A stretch of 34,685 bases of DNA from Candidatus Dormiibacterota bacterium (GTDB lineage: Bacteria > Chloroflexota > Dormibacteria > Aeolococcales > Aeolococcaceae): NCBI GenBank assembly GCA_003131685.1, contig PKWB01000036.1, positions 3,846 through 38,530 on the forward strand, written 5' to 3'. The number at the start of each line of letters is the position of its first letter. Within the stretch, counting starts at the first letter, position 1. The notes below the pieces were generated by a model. The model was given only the letters and a program-made list of their open reading frames with translations, did not search any database and was not told where the DNA came from. The position numbers and the translations under genes are program-made. Positions 9,697 to 18,490 of the stretch are shown here, in pieces.

Positions 9697-10617
9697 CTAC
9701 TCGACCTTGTGTGCGCGCAGGAATGCTTTCGCACGGCGCAGGGTCCCGCGGCCCTGCTCCACGAGGGGGCGCATGCATGCGACCTGACGCTCGCGCTCGG
9801 CAGGGGTGAGCGCTTGATGCAATGCCTCGTCCAGGGTGGGCGATAGCGGATTGCCCGAACTGTTCAGATACTGCACCCAGTCCTGCGGGACTTGCCGACC
9901 GATCTCCACTTCGTAGCTCAGATGGATCTCACCAAAGCCGGTCCTCCCCGCGATCGCAACAAGGTCACGCTCGTCGAAGTCCATCATGGGCGCAAGCGCT
10001 GGTGCCCTCTCATCAAACACCGCTTTGACCTTCGCGAGGATCGTTTCGCCGACCGCTCGTAGGTCGTAGCCATCGAAGACGCCTGGTGGCTCAGGGAACG
10101 TGAACGAGTTGATCGGCTCGAATATGGAGAGACGGCCGCCTGGCCGAAGCACGCGATGAAACGCTGCGAAGGCGCGCTCCTTCGCAGCGACGTAGATGAG
10201 CACCGAGCGAGTCGTTACCACGTCGATGCTCGAAGAGGCAATCGCCGTCAGGCCGTCCGCCGACGCCTCCACAAACTCGCAGCGCGACAGAACTTGGGCG
10301 CCGTCCGCCGTGGCCCGGCATCGATCCAACAGATCGCGCGAAGGGTCGCTGAAGATGACGCGACCCTGTTCGGAGAGGCGCTCAAGTGCACCAAAGCCGA
10401 TGAGCCCGTCCCCGCACCCGACGTCGAGCACAACGTCGTCGGGCTGCAGCCGCGCCCCGTCAAGGACGCGGTCGCGGACACCGCGCAGCCATTCAAGGGC
10501 CTCACTGGGCAGCTCGGAGCCACCCTGACGGCGAAAGAGAAGCCACGCTGCCCAGCGATCCAGTACCTCGGTCGAGGAGGCCGCCGCACCTCGTGGTTCA
10601 TTCTGATCATTCGCCAC
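9697..10617 (-). CDS. Class I SAM-dependent methyltransferase
   Basis: VLDVGCGDG, IDVVTTRSVLIYV, RVLRPGGRL. Confidence 0.9.
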   Translation of the reverse strand: MANDQNEPRGAAASSTEVLDRWAAWLLFRRQGGSELPSEALEWLRGVRDRVLDGARLQPDDVVLDVGCGDGLIGFGALERLSEQGRVIFSDPSRDLLDRCRATADGAQVLSRCEFVEASADGLTAIASSSIDVVTTRSVLIYVAAKERAFAAFHRVLRPGGRLSIFEPINSFTFPEPPGVFDGYDLRAVGETILAKVKAVFDERAPALAPMMDFDERDLVAIAGRTGFGEIHLSYEVEIGRQVPQDWVQYLNSSGNPLSPTLDEALHQALTPAERERQVACMRPLVEQGRGTLRRAKAFLRAHKVE

Positions 10618-10699
10618 GATCAGATGATGACCGACTACCGGCGCCGGATGAGCCGACCGCCACGAGCGCCCACCCGTCGATCACATAAGCACGGGCTTG

Positions 10700-11128
10700 T
10701 TATTCACAGCCTGAGGCTACGGCGGCTTCAGCTATCGCCCGCGCGATCACTGTGCGGTAGTCCGGGTGCGCAAGTGATAGTCCGAATAATTCATCGGAAC
10801 TGCACCAGCGCAGCTCATCGTGTTCGTCGGGAGCGCAGTTGGTGACTTCGCCTGTCCAATCCGTCACCAACCAGATCGCCAGTTCGAAGCTGGGTCCATG
10901 TTTTGTGAGCGGGCGGAGCCGTGCGATGGGCTCGGTCACAGGCCGGGGAACACTCACGCCGATTTCCTCGCTCAGTTCGCGAAGAAGTGCGTCAGTCTCA
11001 GACTCGCCCGGGTCGACATGTCCTCCCGGTAAATCCCAGACGCTGGGATACGAGCTGCGCTCCGCGGTGCGGTGCCCCAGAAGGACACGCTCGCCTTGAA
11101 TCAAAGCTCCGGCCACGATTCGATCCAT
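10700..11128 (-). CDS. NUDIX hydrolase (MutT-like)
   Basis: Nudix box GGHVDPGESETDALLRELSEEIG. Confidence 0.92.
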   Translation of the reverse strand: MDRIVAGALIQGERVLLGHRTAERSSYPSVWDLPGGHVDPGESETDALLRELSEEIGVSVPRPVTEPIARLRPLTKHGPSFELAIWLVTDWTGEVTNCAPDEHDELRWCSSDELFGLSLAHPDYRTVIARAIAEAAVASGCE

Positions 11129-11231
11129 GCCTCAGACTTCAACACACATCGCCCATGCGAGTGCGATGGCCGCAGGCTCGCTGAATGGCGACCGCGGTCC
11201 GGGGGCTAAATAGGGCATCGCGTCAGCATGC

Positions 11232-11251
11232 CCGGCCAGGATCCGCCGACT
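11232..11251 (+). repeat. Dispersed intergenic repeat copy R5
   Basis: ccggccaggatccgccgact, 17/20 to R4. Lies between divergent NUDIX and tetR. Confidence 0.7.
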
Positions 11252-11284
11252 ACACACCCGGTGCCCTCGACCCTCGTACCGTCG

Positions 11285-11316
11285 TATACTGATCGAATGA
11301 TCAAGTCAAATGATCA
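11285..11316 (+). promoter_or_regulatory. -10 box (TATACT) and probable TetR operator half-sites
   Basis: TATACT sits 6 nt before ATG 11297. TGATC-gaat-GATCA and TGATC-N9-GATCA inverted repeats overlap the start. Confidence 0.55.
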
Positions 11317-12091
11317 GATTACTGCGATATCGAAGCCAAAGGGCGAGCGGCGTCGACCCGGAGATTCCCGCCCGAATATTCCGCGCGCATCCACGGCGAC
11401 ATATGGCAAGCACCCGCTCAGCGCCGGCGTCCACAAGCGGCGTCAGCGGCGCAACGAGGCTGGTGATGAGATGCGGTCGCGCATCGTGGACGCGGCGTTG
11501 CGCACCGTGGTCGGTGGGGGCTATGCCTCGACATCGGTGCGCTCGATCGCCGCCACCGGTGGATTCAGTCCCGCGCTCGTGTTCTATCACTTCGGCAGCG
11601 TCGACGCGCTCCTCCTGGCGGTGCTCGATCGGGTCAGTGCCGATCGCCTCGCCCGCTACGAGACACGGCTCGCAAATGTCTCGGACCTGCGCGCGCTGGG
11701 AGCCGCAATGGAGGAGTTGTACTCTGAGGATCTCCGTCTCGGCCAGCTAACAGCTGTACAGGAAATTGTCGGGGCGATGGCGTTCGACCCTGTGCTCGGC
11801 GACGAGATCGGCCGCAGGATGCAGCCCTGGGTGACCTTTGCCGAGCAGCTCGCAGCCCGGATCATCGCTGGCTCGCCACTCGCGGGTTTCGTCGAGCCTG
11901 CCGTCATTGGCTCGGCGGTGATCGCCCTGTATATGGGGCTCGAAATCGTTGCGCGGATGCGCGGTGGTGACAGCAGTGGATCGAGCGCGCTGATGGCGAC
12001 GCTGGTGCAAGCGGCACCCTGGATCGATCAGCTGCTCAGTAAGGCAACGCCTGCGCGGCGGCGTCCGGCCACAACGGTGGCCATCGAGTGA
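11297..12091 (+). CDS. TetR/AcrR family transcriptional regulator
   Basis: RIVDAALRTVVGGGYASTSVRSIAATGGFSPALVFYHFGS HTH. Start is ATG 11297 (leaderless) or 11471. Confidence 0.92.
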   Translation: MIKSNDQITAISKPKGERRRPGDSRPNIPRASTATYGKHPLSAGVHKRRQRRNEAGDEMRSRIVDAALRTVVGGGYASTSVRSIAATGGFSPALVFYHFGSVDALLLAVLDRVSADRLARYETRLANVSDLRALGAAMEELYSEDLRLGQLTAVQEIVGAMAFDPVLGDEIGRRMQPWVTFAEQLAARIIAGSPLAGFVEPAVIGSAVIALYMGLEIVARMRGGDSSGSSALMATLVQAAPWIDQLLSKATPARRRPATTVAIE

Positions 12092-12693
12092 CGAGGAAGA
12101 CTGTCGCGGTTGCGCTGTCGGCGACCGCCGGCTGTGCGGCGATCTACGTCACGGTTGTCCTCGAAGCCCACCAGCATCAACCCGTGTACGCCATGCCCAT
12201 CACAGTGGTGATCGTCGCCGGAGTCTGCGCGGCGCTCACCGCGATCGGAGGTCTTCTCTCAGTTCGCTCCGGCCAGCTGGCGCCATGGCTCGCACCGGTT
12301 GCGACCGCGATCATCATGTACGGGTTCCTTGTCGCGGGCACCTTGATCCTGCTTCCGGCGATTGTGCTCATCGTGCTGGTATCCCGCCGGACGCAGTCCA
12401 GCCGCCGACGTGAACACGACTGGTTGAACGCCGGAGCAGCCGTCCTGCTTACCCTGGGACTCGTTCCCCTTGGTCTGCTGGCGCTCTGGGATCAACCCGT
12501 CGTGGAGTGCTTTCCGGGAGGGGTGTCACTAGCGGCGCCGATCTGGACGTCGTTTCAGTCAACCAGCGGGCACAGCGGTGCCTCGAGCTCGTCGTCCACG
12601 CCGCAGCAATCGTCCGGTGCCATCACGGCTGGAGGCGTGACCTACACATTCACGTGCAGCGGCCCTCACCTGGTCCGGTTCGCGTCGGGGTAA
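12088..12693 (+). CDS. Hypothetical membrane protein
   Basis: Several TM segments; GTGA overlap with the tetR stop; Cys pair in the C-terminal extracellular part. Confidence 0.75.
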   Translation: MTRKTVAVALSATAGCAAIYVTVVLEAHQHQPVYAMPITVVIVAGVCAALTAIGGLLSVRSGQLAPWLAPVATAIIMYGFLVAGTLILLPAIVLIVLVSRRTQSSRRREHDWLNAGAAVLLTLGLVPLGLLALWDQPVVECFPGGVSLAAPIWTSFQSTSGHSGASSSSSTPQQSSGAITAGGVTYTFTCSGPHLVRFASG

Positions 12694-12715
12694 GGCTCCT
12701 CAACGAGCCGAGTGA

Positions 12716-12735
12716 GTTAAGCGGATGTTGGCAGC
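12716..12735 (-). repeat. Possible degenerate repeat copy R6
   Basis: Minus strand gctgccaacatccgcttaac; only the core gccaacatccgc matches. Confidence 0.3.
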
Positions 12736-12842
12736 AGCGAACTGAGCGATTCATCCCCCATTTGAGTAAGAACGTCCCTGTATGTTCAGTACGGCCCTGG
12801 GACAAGGCCAATCAGCACCCCTATCTCAGCGAGGGATTGAAA

Positions 12843-13799
12843 TCATCGTCCTGCGAATTTCTCGAGCGCGTCATATACGTGCTCGTTCATCGTGTCGCTG
12901 CCCTTGTGACCTGAATCCGCGACGACAACGAGACGCGCGTCGGGCCAAGCACTTGCAAGCTCCCAAGCCGTGCTTAGAGGGCAACTCAGATCGAGTCGAC
13001 CATGGACCAGCACGCCTGGAATGCCGGCTAGGCGCCGCGCGCCGGCGAGGAGAGCGCCCTCTTCGAGCCATGCGCCATTCGAAAAGTATCGTGTGGTGAT
13101 ACGTACGAATGCGAGCAGGTCCGCCGGTGGGCGGACGCTGTAGGGGTTTGGTTTGCCGCTCGGCTCCAGAGAGAGCACGGCATCTTCCCAGGTGCCCCAG
13201 TCAATCGCCGCTCGGGTTCGGACTTCCGGGTTCGAATCCTCCATGAGCCTCGCGTACGCCGCCACGATGTCGCCGTCGCGGTCGGCCTCGGAAGCGCCAG
13301 CGCGAAACTGCTCCCATTCCTCGGGAAAGAACCGCGCAACACCGCGATAAAGCCAGTCGGTCTCCGAACGCCTGGTCATGGTGACGCTGCAAATGACGAT
13401 CTCCGACACCCGCTCCGGGTAACGTTCGGCATAGGCGAGGATCAGAGTGGACCCCCAGGAACCGCCAAAGAGTAGCCAGTGGTCGACTCCCAAATGGTGC
13501 CTCAAGCGTTCCATGTCAGAGATGAGGTGGTCCGTTGTGTTGCGGCTCATGTCAGTAGCGGGATCGCTGGCATGCGGAGTGCTGCCGCCGCAGCCGCGTT
13601 GGTCAAACTGAATGATTCGATAACGGCCGGGGTCAAGCCACTGACGCTGTCCTGTGGAGAGTCCCGATCCGGGTCCACCATGAACAATGAGCGCCGGCTT
13701 CCCAAACGGGTTGCCGCAGAGCTCCCAGTGGACGAGATTGCCGTCGCCCGTGTCGAGTAACCCTTGCTCGAATGGATCTATCGGCGGGTAGCGCGGCAC
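12843..13799 (-). CDS. pip: Proline iminopeptidase (alpha/beta hydrolase)
   Basis: HGGPG, FDQRGCG, nucleophile GGSWG, GRLDL, DSGH. Confidence 0.93.
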   Translation of the reverse strand: MPRYPPIDPFEQGLLDTGDGNLVHWELCGNPFGKPALIVHGGPGSGLSTGQRQWLDPGRYRIIQFDQRGCGGSTPHASDPATDMSRNTTDHLISDMERLRHHLGVDHWLLFGGSWGSTLILAYAERYPERVSEIVICSVTMTRRSETDWLYRGVARFFPEEWEQFRAGASEADRDGDIVAAYARLMEDSNPEVRTRAAIDWGTWEDAVLSLEPSGKPNPYSVRPPADLLAFVRITTRYFSNGAWLEEGALLAGARRLAGIPGVLVHGRLDLSCPLSTAWELASAWPDARLVVVADSGHKGSDTMNEHVYDALEKFAGR

Positions 13800-13813
13800 T
13801 GGTGGATTCTACA

Positions 13814-13833
13814 TGTCGGCGAATACTGGCTTA
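13814..13833 (-). repeat. Degenerate repeat copy R7
   Basis: Minus strand taagccagtattcgccgaca, 14/20 to R4/R5. Abuts the pip -10 box TAGAAT. Confidence 0.45.
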
Positions 13834-13849
13834 GGGTGCCTGTGGAGTA

Positions 13850-14412
13850 TCACGAGGAGGCGCCGTGGGCCAGCCAATCCGAGCGGGTCGTCCGCCACAC
13901 GTCTTGTACCCCAGTTTCGTTAGGTGCCTGAATCGGCTTCGTCTGCTGGCCGACGAGCGTGAACCCTAGCTTGCGCGGCACTCCTTGACTAGCGTGGTTC
14001 AGGTGATCGCAGTGGATCTCGACCAGCTCAACTTCCGGGAATGAAAATGCCAAGACCACGAGCATTGCGGCGGCGCGGGTCGCGTGACCTTTGCGCGCAT
14101 ACGCTGCGTGTACCCAATAGCCGATCTCGAGTCCATCTGGCCCGAGGCGGCGATGAAGCCCGCATCCACCGACGATGACGGTCCCAACGAACATGCCGAA
14201 GACCATGTCGCCGCCTGTGCGGCGCTCCTTCGCCCATCGGGCATCATCGATTGGCGGTCAGCGAGGGACCGTGGCTCCGTTGCGATCCAAGACATCCATG
14301 GCCGCAGGTGTTCGATGCTCTCAGCGATGGCGACGCTGAGTGCATCCGCGTCGCCAGTTCGCCACGGTCTGATAGCAAGCGTTTGCACAGCCAATTCGGT
14401 CATCCTCGGCAT
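13850..14412 (-). pseudogene. RimJ/RimL-type GNAT acetyltransferase, frameshifted near 14243
   Basis: N-half (IRPWRTGDADAL..EHLRPWMSW) and C-half (EIGYWVHAAYARKGHA..N.ASQGVPRKLGF) are in different frames. Restoring 1 nt gives the continuous ..QSMxARWAKERRTGGDMVFG.. Confidence 0.85.
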
Positions 14413-14444
14413 AGCATCGGGGGACGAAGCTGCTTAGTTCGGCG

Positions 14445-15110
14445 TTACAAGAGTGAGGCTCTCTCGCTGTTGGACGAACAGGTCAGGTCGTGGAGCGCGA
14501 TACGGACGTCATCGGTCGACCGAACGTGGACCGCCTGCATCCCGGCCGCTCGCGCGCCCATGACGTTCTCGAGAGTGTCATCAAAAAAGATGAATGCCGA
14601 AGTCGGAAACCCTGCGCCTTGGGCTACTTCTCTGAACGCATCGGGGTCAGGCTTGCGAAGGCCAAGTTCCGACGAGACGAAGATCGAGCGGAAGACCGAT
14701 AGCTCAAGTGCGTAGCGCGTGGCCCATACAGCCTGATGGGTCGGGTTCGAATTGGTAAAGGCGTACAGCGGTAGGCGTTCACTTGCCGCGGCCAACGCCG
14801 CTCCCACTCCAGGCAGGGGTCCGACGTAGAGTTCACCCCAGCCAGCGATGAAATCTTCGTCAGAGAGATCGATACGCAAGCTGCGGCGCAAGGATGCGAA
14901 GTAGCCCGCGGCGTCAAGCGCGCCTCGCTCGTGCTGCTCATATGCATCGTCGAACTTGAATCGTCGACGAATTACCTGGGGGTCACAGGACGCGCGAGCA
15001 CCCCAGGCGAGGAACACGCGGTCGAAGTCAATCTCGAGGACTACCCCGCCAAGATCGAAGAGTAGTGCTCGTGCCGGCCCGGTGTCGCCGCTGCTATCTG
15101 CGTCGTCCAT
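14445..15110 (-). CDS. HAD family phosphatase (YihX-like)
   Basis: LFDLGGV, FTNSN, LRKPDP, FFDD. Confidence 0.9.
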   Translation of the reverse strand: MDDADSSGDTGPARALLFDLGGVVLEIDFDRVFLAWGARASCDPQVIRRRFKFDDAYEQHERGALDAAGYFASLRRSLRIDLSDEDFIAGWGELYVGPLPGVGAALAAASERLPLYAFTNSNPTHQAVWATRYALELSVFRSIFVSSELGLRKPDPDAFREVAQGAGFPTSAFIFFDDTLENVMGARAAGMQAVHVRSTDDVRIALHDLTCSSNSERASLL

Positions 15111-15145
15111 ACGACGACTCTCGCATAGCTGTTGCCTTCACCTGT

Positions 15146-15601
15146 TTACAACGTGCTACTGGGCGGGTTGAAAAACGCTAAAGCCTGCTCGTAGCGTTGG
15201 ATTCTCTCGAGGACGTCTGACCTCGGCGACAGGCTCCTGTTATTGCGAAGGTTGTCACGTAGATCGGCAACCTTTACCAGCGTTGCCATAGGGTCTGTCG
15301 CGACTCGCTCGATGTATGCGGCATAGGTTTCGCCATCGCGGCGGGTGAGGCAATCCACCGCGTGGATGACCGGTCGTGGATAGCCCGCGCTTTGAAGGTC
15401 AACAAGGGTCACGTCTGTGTCTTCGATTACGTCATGGAGAACGGCCGCCATCCGCGCGTGGGCACCCTCGACAGCGCACATGACGCGAAGGGGATGCAGG
15501 ATGTACGGTTCGGGCTCGGGCGACGGATACTTCTGACCAGCATGCGCGTCGACAGCGCACGCGATTGCTCGTTCAAGCAAGTCCTGGGTACCGTCGTCCA
15601 T
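15146..15601 (-). CDS. HD-domain protein, SpoT/Mesh1-like small alarmone hydrolase
   Basis: AHAGQ, PYILHPLRV, AAVLHDVIEDT, VKVADLRDN; single domain. Start ATG 15601 or GTG 15610. Confidence 0.85.
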   Translation of the reverse strand: MDDGTQDLLERAIACAVDAHAGQKYPSPEPEPYILHPLRVMCAVEGAHARMAAVLHDVIEDTDVTLVDLQSAGYPRPVIHAVDCLTRRDGETYAAYIERVATDPMATLVKVADLRDNLRNNRSLSPRSDVLERIQRYEQALAFFNPPSSTL

Positions 15602-15724
15602 CCCTTTCACTTCAACGCTTCAACGTACCATTCGGACGCGAGGTCGAGGCGCGCTACGCGGGCGGAAGGCGGGGCATTGGCTGGCCCAGACTGGCGGATG
15701 ACCGTGACCAAGAACGATCCTCAA

Positions 15725-16567
15725 CTACGGAGCGTAAGCGCTGCCCGCCAGGATGGTGGCGGCCGGTGCGTCGACCAGCGAAGCGGCACTCGTTCCGGGA
15801 TGGTGTTGGATGTACTCCTCGGCGATGTGATAGCCGATCGTGAAGCCGGCCCACTTGGGAACACCATTCCCTCCGTAGAACCACTGCGAATACACCGGCA
15901 GCCCACCCTGGGTCAGCAAAGGCTGCGCCTGTTTCCAGAGCGTGTGCTCTTGGACGGGTGTAAGTGCTTTGTCCCAGGGGGCGTCGGTTCCGGGGAATGC
16001 CTGATGAAAGAAGGCACTCGCCATGCCCTCGCTCACAAGAAACGCACCAAGGGTGGTGCCGAATCCAGGGCCGGTGAGGGTGCGGACGCTGTGGTGGATT
16101 TCGTGGGCCAGCGCCTCGGGAAGCCACACGGCAAGCGTTTCGGAGAACGTGGTCTGACTACTAGGGTCTAATTGGATCAACACCTGGCCGGTCGTCGGGT
16201 CCGTGTACCCGAGCTCACCCGTCTCCGGGGTTACATTTGCGGTCTGCTCAATGATGATTACGGTGGAGGGCCCGGGGAGCAGCGCCGCGATGCGTGTTAG
16301 AGCCTTGGTCACGTCGCCTATGAGCGAGACGCCGGTGGCATCGGCAGACCGTGTCACCCGTGGATCGAATCCAACTTTGAACCTCCCTATGTCTGCGACA
16401 GTGAATCTTCCAATACCGACGTAAGAGCACGTCAGTGTCGGCGAGAGCTGGGCACAGACCAACGGTTGAGGAGTCGTGCCGTGAGCGGTCGCCGTAGGTG
16501 CACCCGAGGCGCACCCGGAAAGCGCCACCGCAAGCAACACATAGGTCTTGAGTTCCGACAACCCCAC
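15725..16567 (-). CDS. Putative lipoprotein with Zn-dependent protease (DUF2268-like) domain
   Basis: Lipobox LSGC after a hydrophobic stretch; HEIHH, SEGMA and GFTIGY motifs. Start uncertain (GTG 16567). Confidence 0.75.
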   Translation of the reverse strand: MGLSELKTYVLLAVALSGCASGAPTATAHGTTPQPLVCAQLSPTLTCSYVGIGRFTVADIGRFKVGFDPRVTRSADATGVSLIGDVTKALTRIAALLPGPSTVIIIEQTANVTPETGELGYTDPTTGQVLIQLDPSSQTTFSETLAVWLPEALAHEIHHSVRTLTGPGFGTTLGAFLVSEGMASAFFHQAFPGTDAPWDKALTPVQEHTLWKQAQPLLTQGGLPVYSQWFYGGNGVPKWAGFTIGYHIAEEYIQHHPGTSAASLVDAPAATILAGSAYAP

Positions 16568-16759
16568 GCGCTCGGTGAGGCGGGTGCCCAGCCGAGCAAT
16601 CCAGCCCCTGGCCTCCTCGGCTGACCCCCAACGTGCGAGTCCCGCGTTTCCGGGATCGGGCTCAGGCACCGCAGGAACCAACTCAGCCGCGTCTGCGCTA
16701 TCCAATGCTCGCAGAACGATCCATCCGTCGGTCCGATCGGGATGAGGAAGTTCAAGCAC
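16568..16759 (-). pseudogene. N-terminal remnant of a RimJ/RimL-type GNAT, in frame with the downstream lipoprotein
   Basis: VLELPHPDRTDGWIVLRALDSADAAEL..SAEEARGWIAR resembles RimL-type N-termini. Starts 4 bp after the VOC stop. Confidence 0.45.
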
Positions 16760-16763
16760 ATCG

Positions 16764-17150
16764 CTATGGGGCGACAAGTTCAACCTTGATGCGGTCTGGA
16801 TCTTCGAAGAACACGGCGTAAGAATCAGGTCCGCCGGCGTGCGGATGCCGGTCCTCGTAGAGGATGCGAACGCCGCGATCACGCAGGGCTTCAGTGACTT
16901 GGTTCACCTGATTGCGATCGTCCGCCGCGAACGCGAGATGGTTCAGACCAATGCGCCTTCGATGGTAGCCAGCGCCAACGTGCGCATGTGGCGTCTGAAC
17001 CAGGACAAGATAGAACCCGTTCAGGCGCCAACTCCGCCCTTCAGCCCACGATTGGAAGGGTTCGTAGCCGAGCAGACGCAGAAGCCAGTCCCAGAAACGC
17101 GCCGACCTCGCGAGGTCGGAGACGTAGAGCTCGACGTGGGAAATCATCAC
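16764..17150 (-). CDS. VOC/glyoxalase family protein
   Basis: ISHVELYVSD, GLNHLAF, FFEDPDRIKVEL. Confidence 0.92.
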   Translation of the reverse strand: MMISHVELYVSDLARSARFWDWLLRLLGYEPFQSWAEGRSWRLNGFYLVLVQTPHAHVGAGYHRRRIGLNHLAFAADDRNQVNQVTEALRDRGVRILYEDRHPHAGGPDSYAVFFEDPDRIKVELVAP

Positions 17151-17791
17151 TTGTCCCTTGGACTACGGCACCGAGCGTGGATCAGAACATGCCCTGTGTC
17201 ACCCTCCGGAATGAAGCGCTGCCAATCCAACATGAGACCTGCCTGCTGGACCCACTCAAGGGTAGTGGGCAGGCTAGTTTGGGACCAATACATATGCGCA
17301 CCGCCACCCAACCAGTTTTCTTCGGTTCCGGTGCCTGGGCTTGCGCCCACGATGGCCAAGAGCGGACCTCCTGGACGCAGCCAGCGAGCAATTCGCGACA
17401 GGACACCCGGCTGCTCGGCAACGGGCAGGTGGATCAACGCGTACAGGCTAACTACAGCATCGAAAGTGCCATCGTCGAAGGAGATGGCTGCCATATCCGA
17501 CTGGATGAACTCGGCACCCGGCACGAGAGCACGCGCTCGCTCAATCTGGCGCGCTGAAATATCAACTCCGGTAACCGTAAACCCTCGCGCCGACAGCCAG
17601 CGAGCTGCTGGGACCCCGCACCCGCACCCAAGATCTAGTACGTGTCCGCCTGGTGGCAGGGCGCGCGCGAACTCCGCAAGCCATTCGCCTTGCGAGCCGT
17701 CTTCGGCGTCATCTGCTCGGTAGATCTCCGAAATGGCGTCATATCCATCTCGGACAACATCTTTGGGATCGCGTGCAATCTCGTCTGTCAT
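17147..17791 (-). CDS. Class I SAM-dependent methyltransferase
   Basis: VLDLGCGCG, GVDIS, FDAVVSLYALIH, WLRPGG. Overlaps the VOC start by 4 bp. Confidence 0.92.
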   Translation of the reverse strand: MTDEIARDPKDVVRDGYDAISEIYRADDAEDGSQGEWLAEFARALPPGGHVLDLGCGCGVPAARWLSARGFTVTGVDISARQIERARALVPGAEFIQSDMAAISFDDGTFDAVVSLYALIHLPVAEQPGVLSRIARWLRPGGPLLAIVGASPGTGTEENWLGGGAHMYWSQTSLPTTLEWVQQAGLMLDWQRFIPEGDTGHVLIHARCRSPRDK

Positions 17792-18021
17792 GGAGTAGTC
17801 GCAGGCTACGACTGGTGAACGGACAGTGCCACAACGTGAACGAAGGCGCGGTCATGCCGCCACCTCGTCGGCGTTGGCGCGTTGTCTGGAGGGTGCGGTT
17901 AGCTGCCTTCTGGATGCGCTGCGCCTACCTTGTGACGGCGCGCTGCGCTTCGATCCCGCCGCCACTCCAGGGGTGGCACGGTACCCGAAGGAACCGGGCC
18001 ACAGCCGGTCCGGGGTCGGGA

Positions 18022-18082
18022 TTGACGGCGTCGATGCGCAGGAGATAGGATTCATCAATTCACTAGATCTCTACTGAATTGA
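18022..18082 (+). promoter_or_regulatory. Sigma70-type promoter with YtrA-type palindromic operator
   Basis: TTGACG(18022)-N18-TAGGAT(18046), then the 28-bp palindrome TCAATTCA-c-TAGA-tc-TCTA-c-TGAATTGA (18055-18082). Confidence 0.75.
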
Positions 18083-18094
18083 GGTGCAACGCCG

Positions 18095-18490
18095 ATGCTC
18101 GACTTGTATCTCGACGTCCGCTCTGGCGTGTCCGTGTATATGCAGATCGTTCATCAGGTCGAGCGCGCGGTCCGCTGCGGGCTTCTCACGCCAGGTGACC
18201 GACTGCCTGCTGCGCGTGAGGTTGTGGCAGCGCTCGCCATCAATCCGAACACCGTTCTCAAGGCATATGCGGAGCTGGAGAGCGGAGGCTGGGTGACCAG
18301 CCGCGCCGGGGTGGGCACCTTCGTGGCTGAAACCGCGCCTCGTGCTGTAGCCGCGGACGTCCACGACCGTCTTGTGCGCTCGCTCCGGGACTGGCTCTCG
18401 GAGGCGAGGAGGGAGGGCCTCGATCAGGGTGCAATCGAAGCGCTGTTCACCCTCACCGTGGAGGCGACTGCCAAGGAACGGGTGGCGTAG
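18095..18490 (+). CDS. GntR family regulator, YtrA subfamily
   Basis: VYMQIV..GDRLPAAREVVAALAINPNTVLKAYAELE..GVGTFV; short C-domain; followed by ABC genes. Confidence 0.93.
   Translation: MLDLYLDVRSGVSVYMQIVHQVERAVRCGLLTPGDRLPAAREVVAALAINPNTVLKAYAELESGGWVTSRAGVGTFVAETAPRAVAADVHDRLVRSLRDWLSEARREGLDQGAIEALFTLTVEATAKERVA

Noticed and set aside
1293-13833. CRISPR array or classical integron attC array
   Set aside because: Repeats are 0.6-6 kb apart with genes between them. I found no RYYYAAC..GTTRRRY hairpins, cas genes or intI.
17870-17890. Further repeat copy (minus strand cagacaacgcgccaacg); similar weak matches near 10643 and 15690
   Set aside because: Only short or gapped cores match, as expected by chance in GC-rich DNA.
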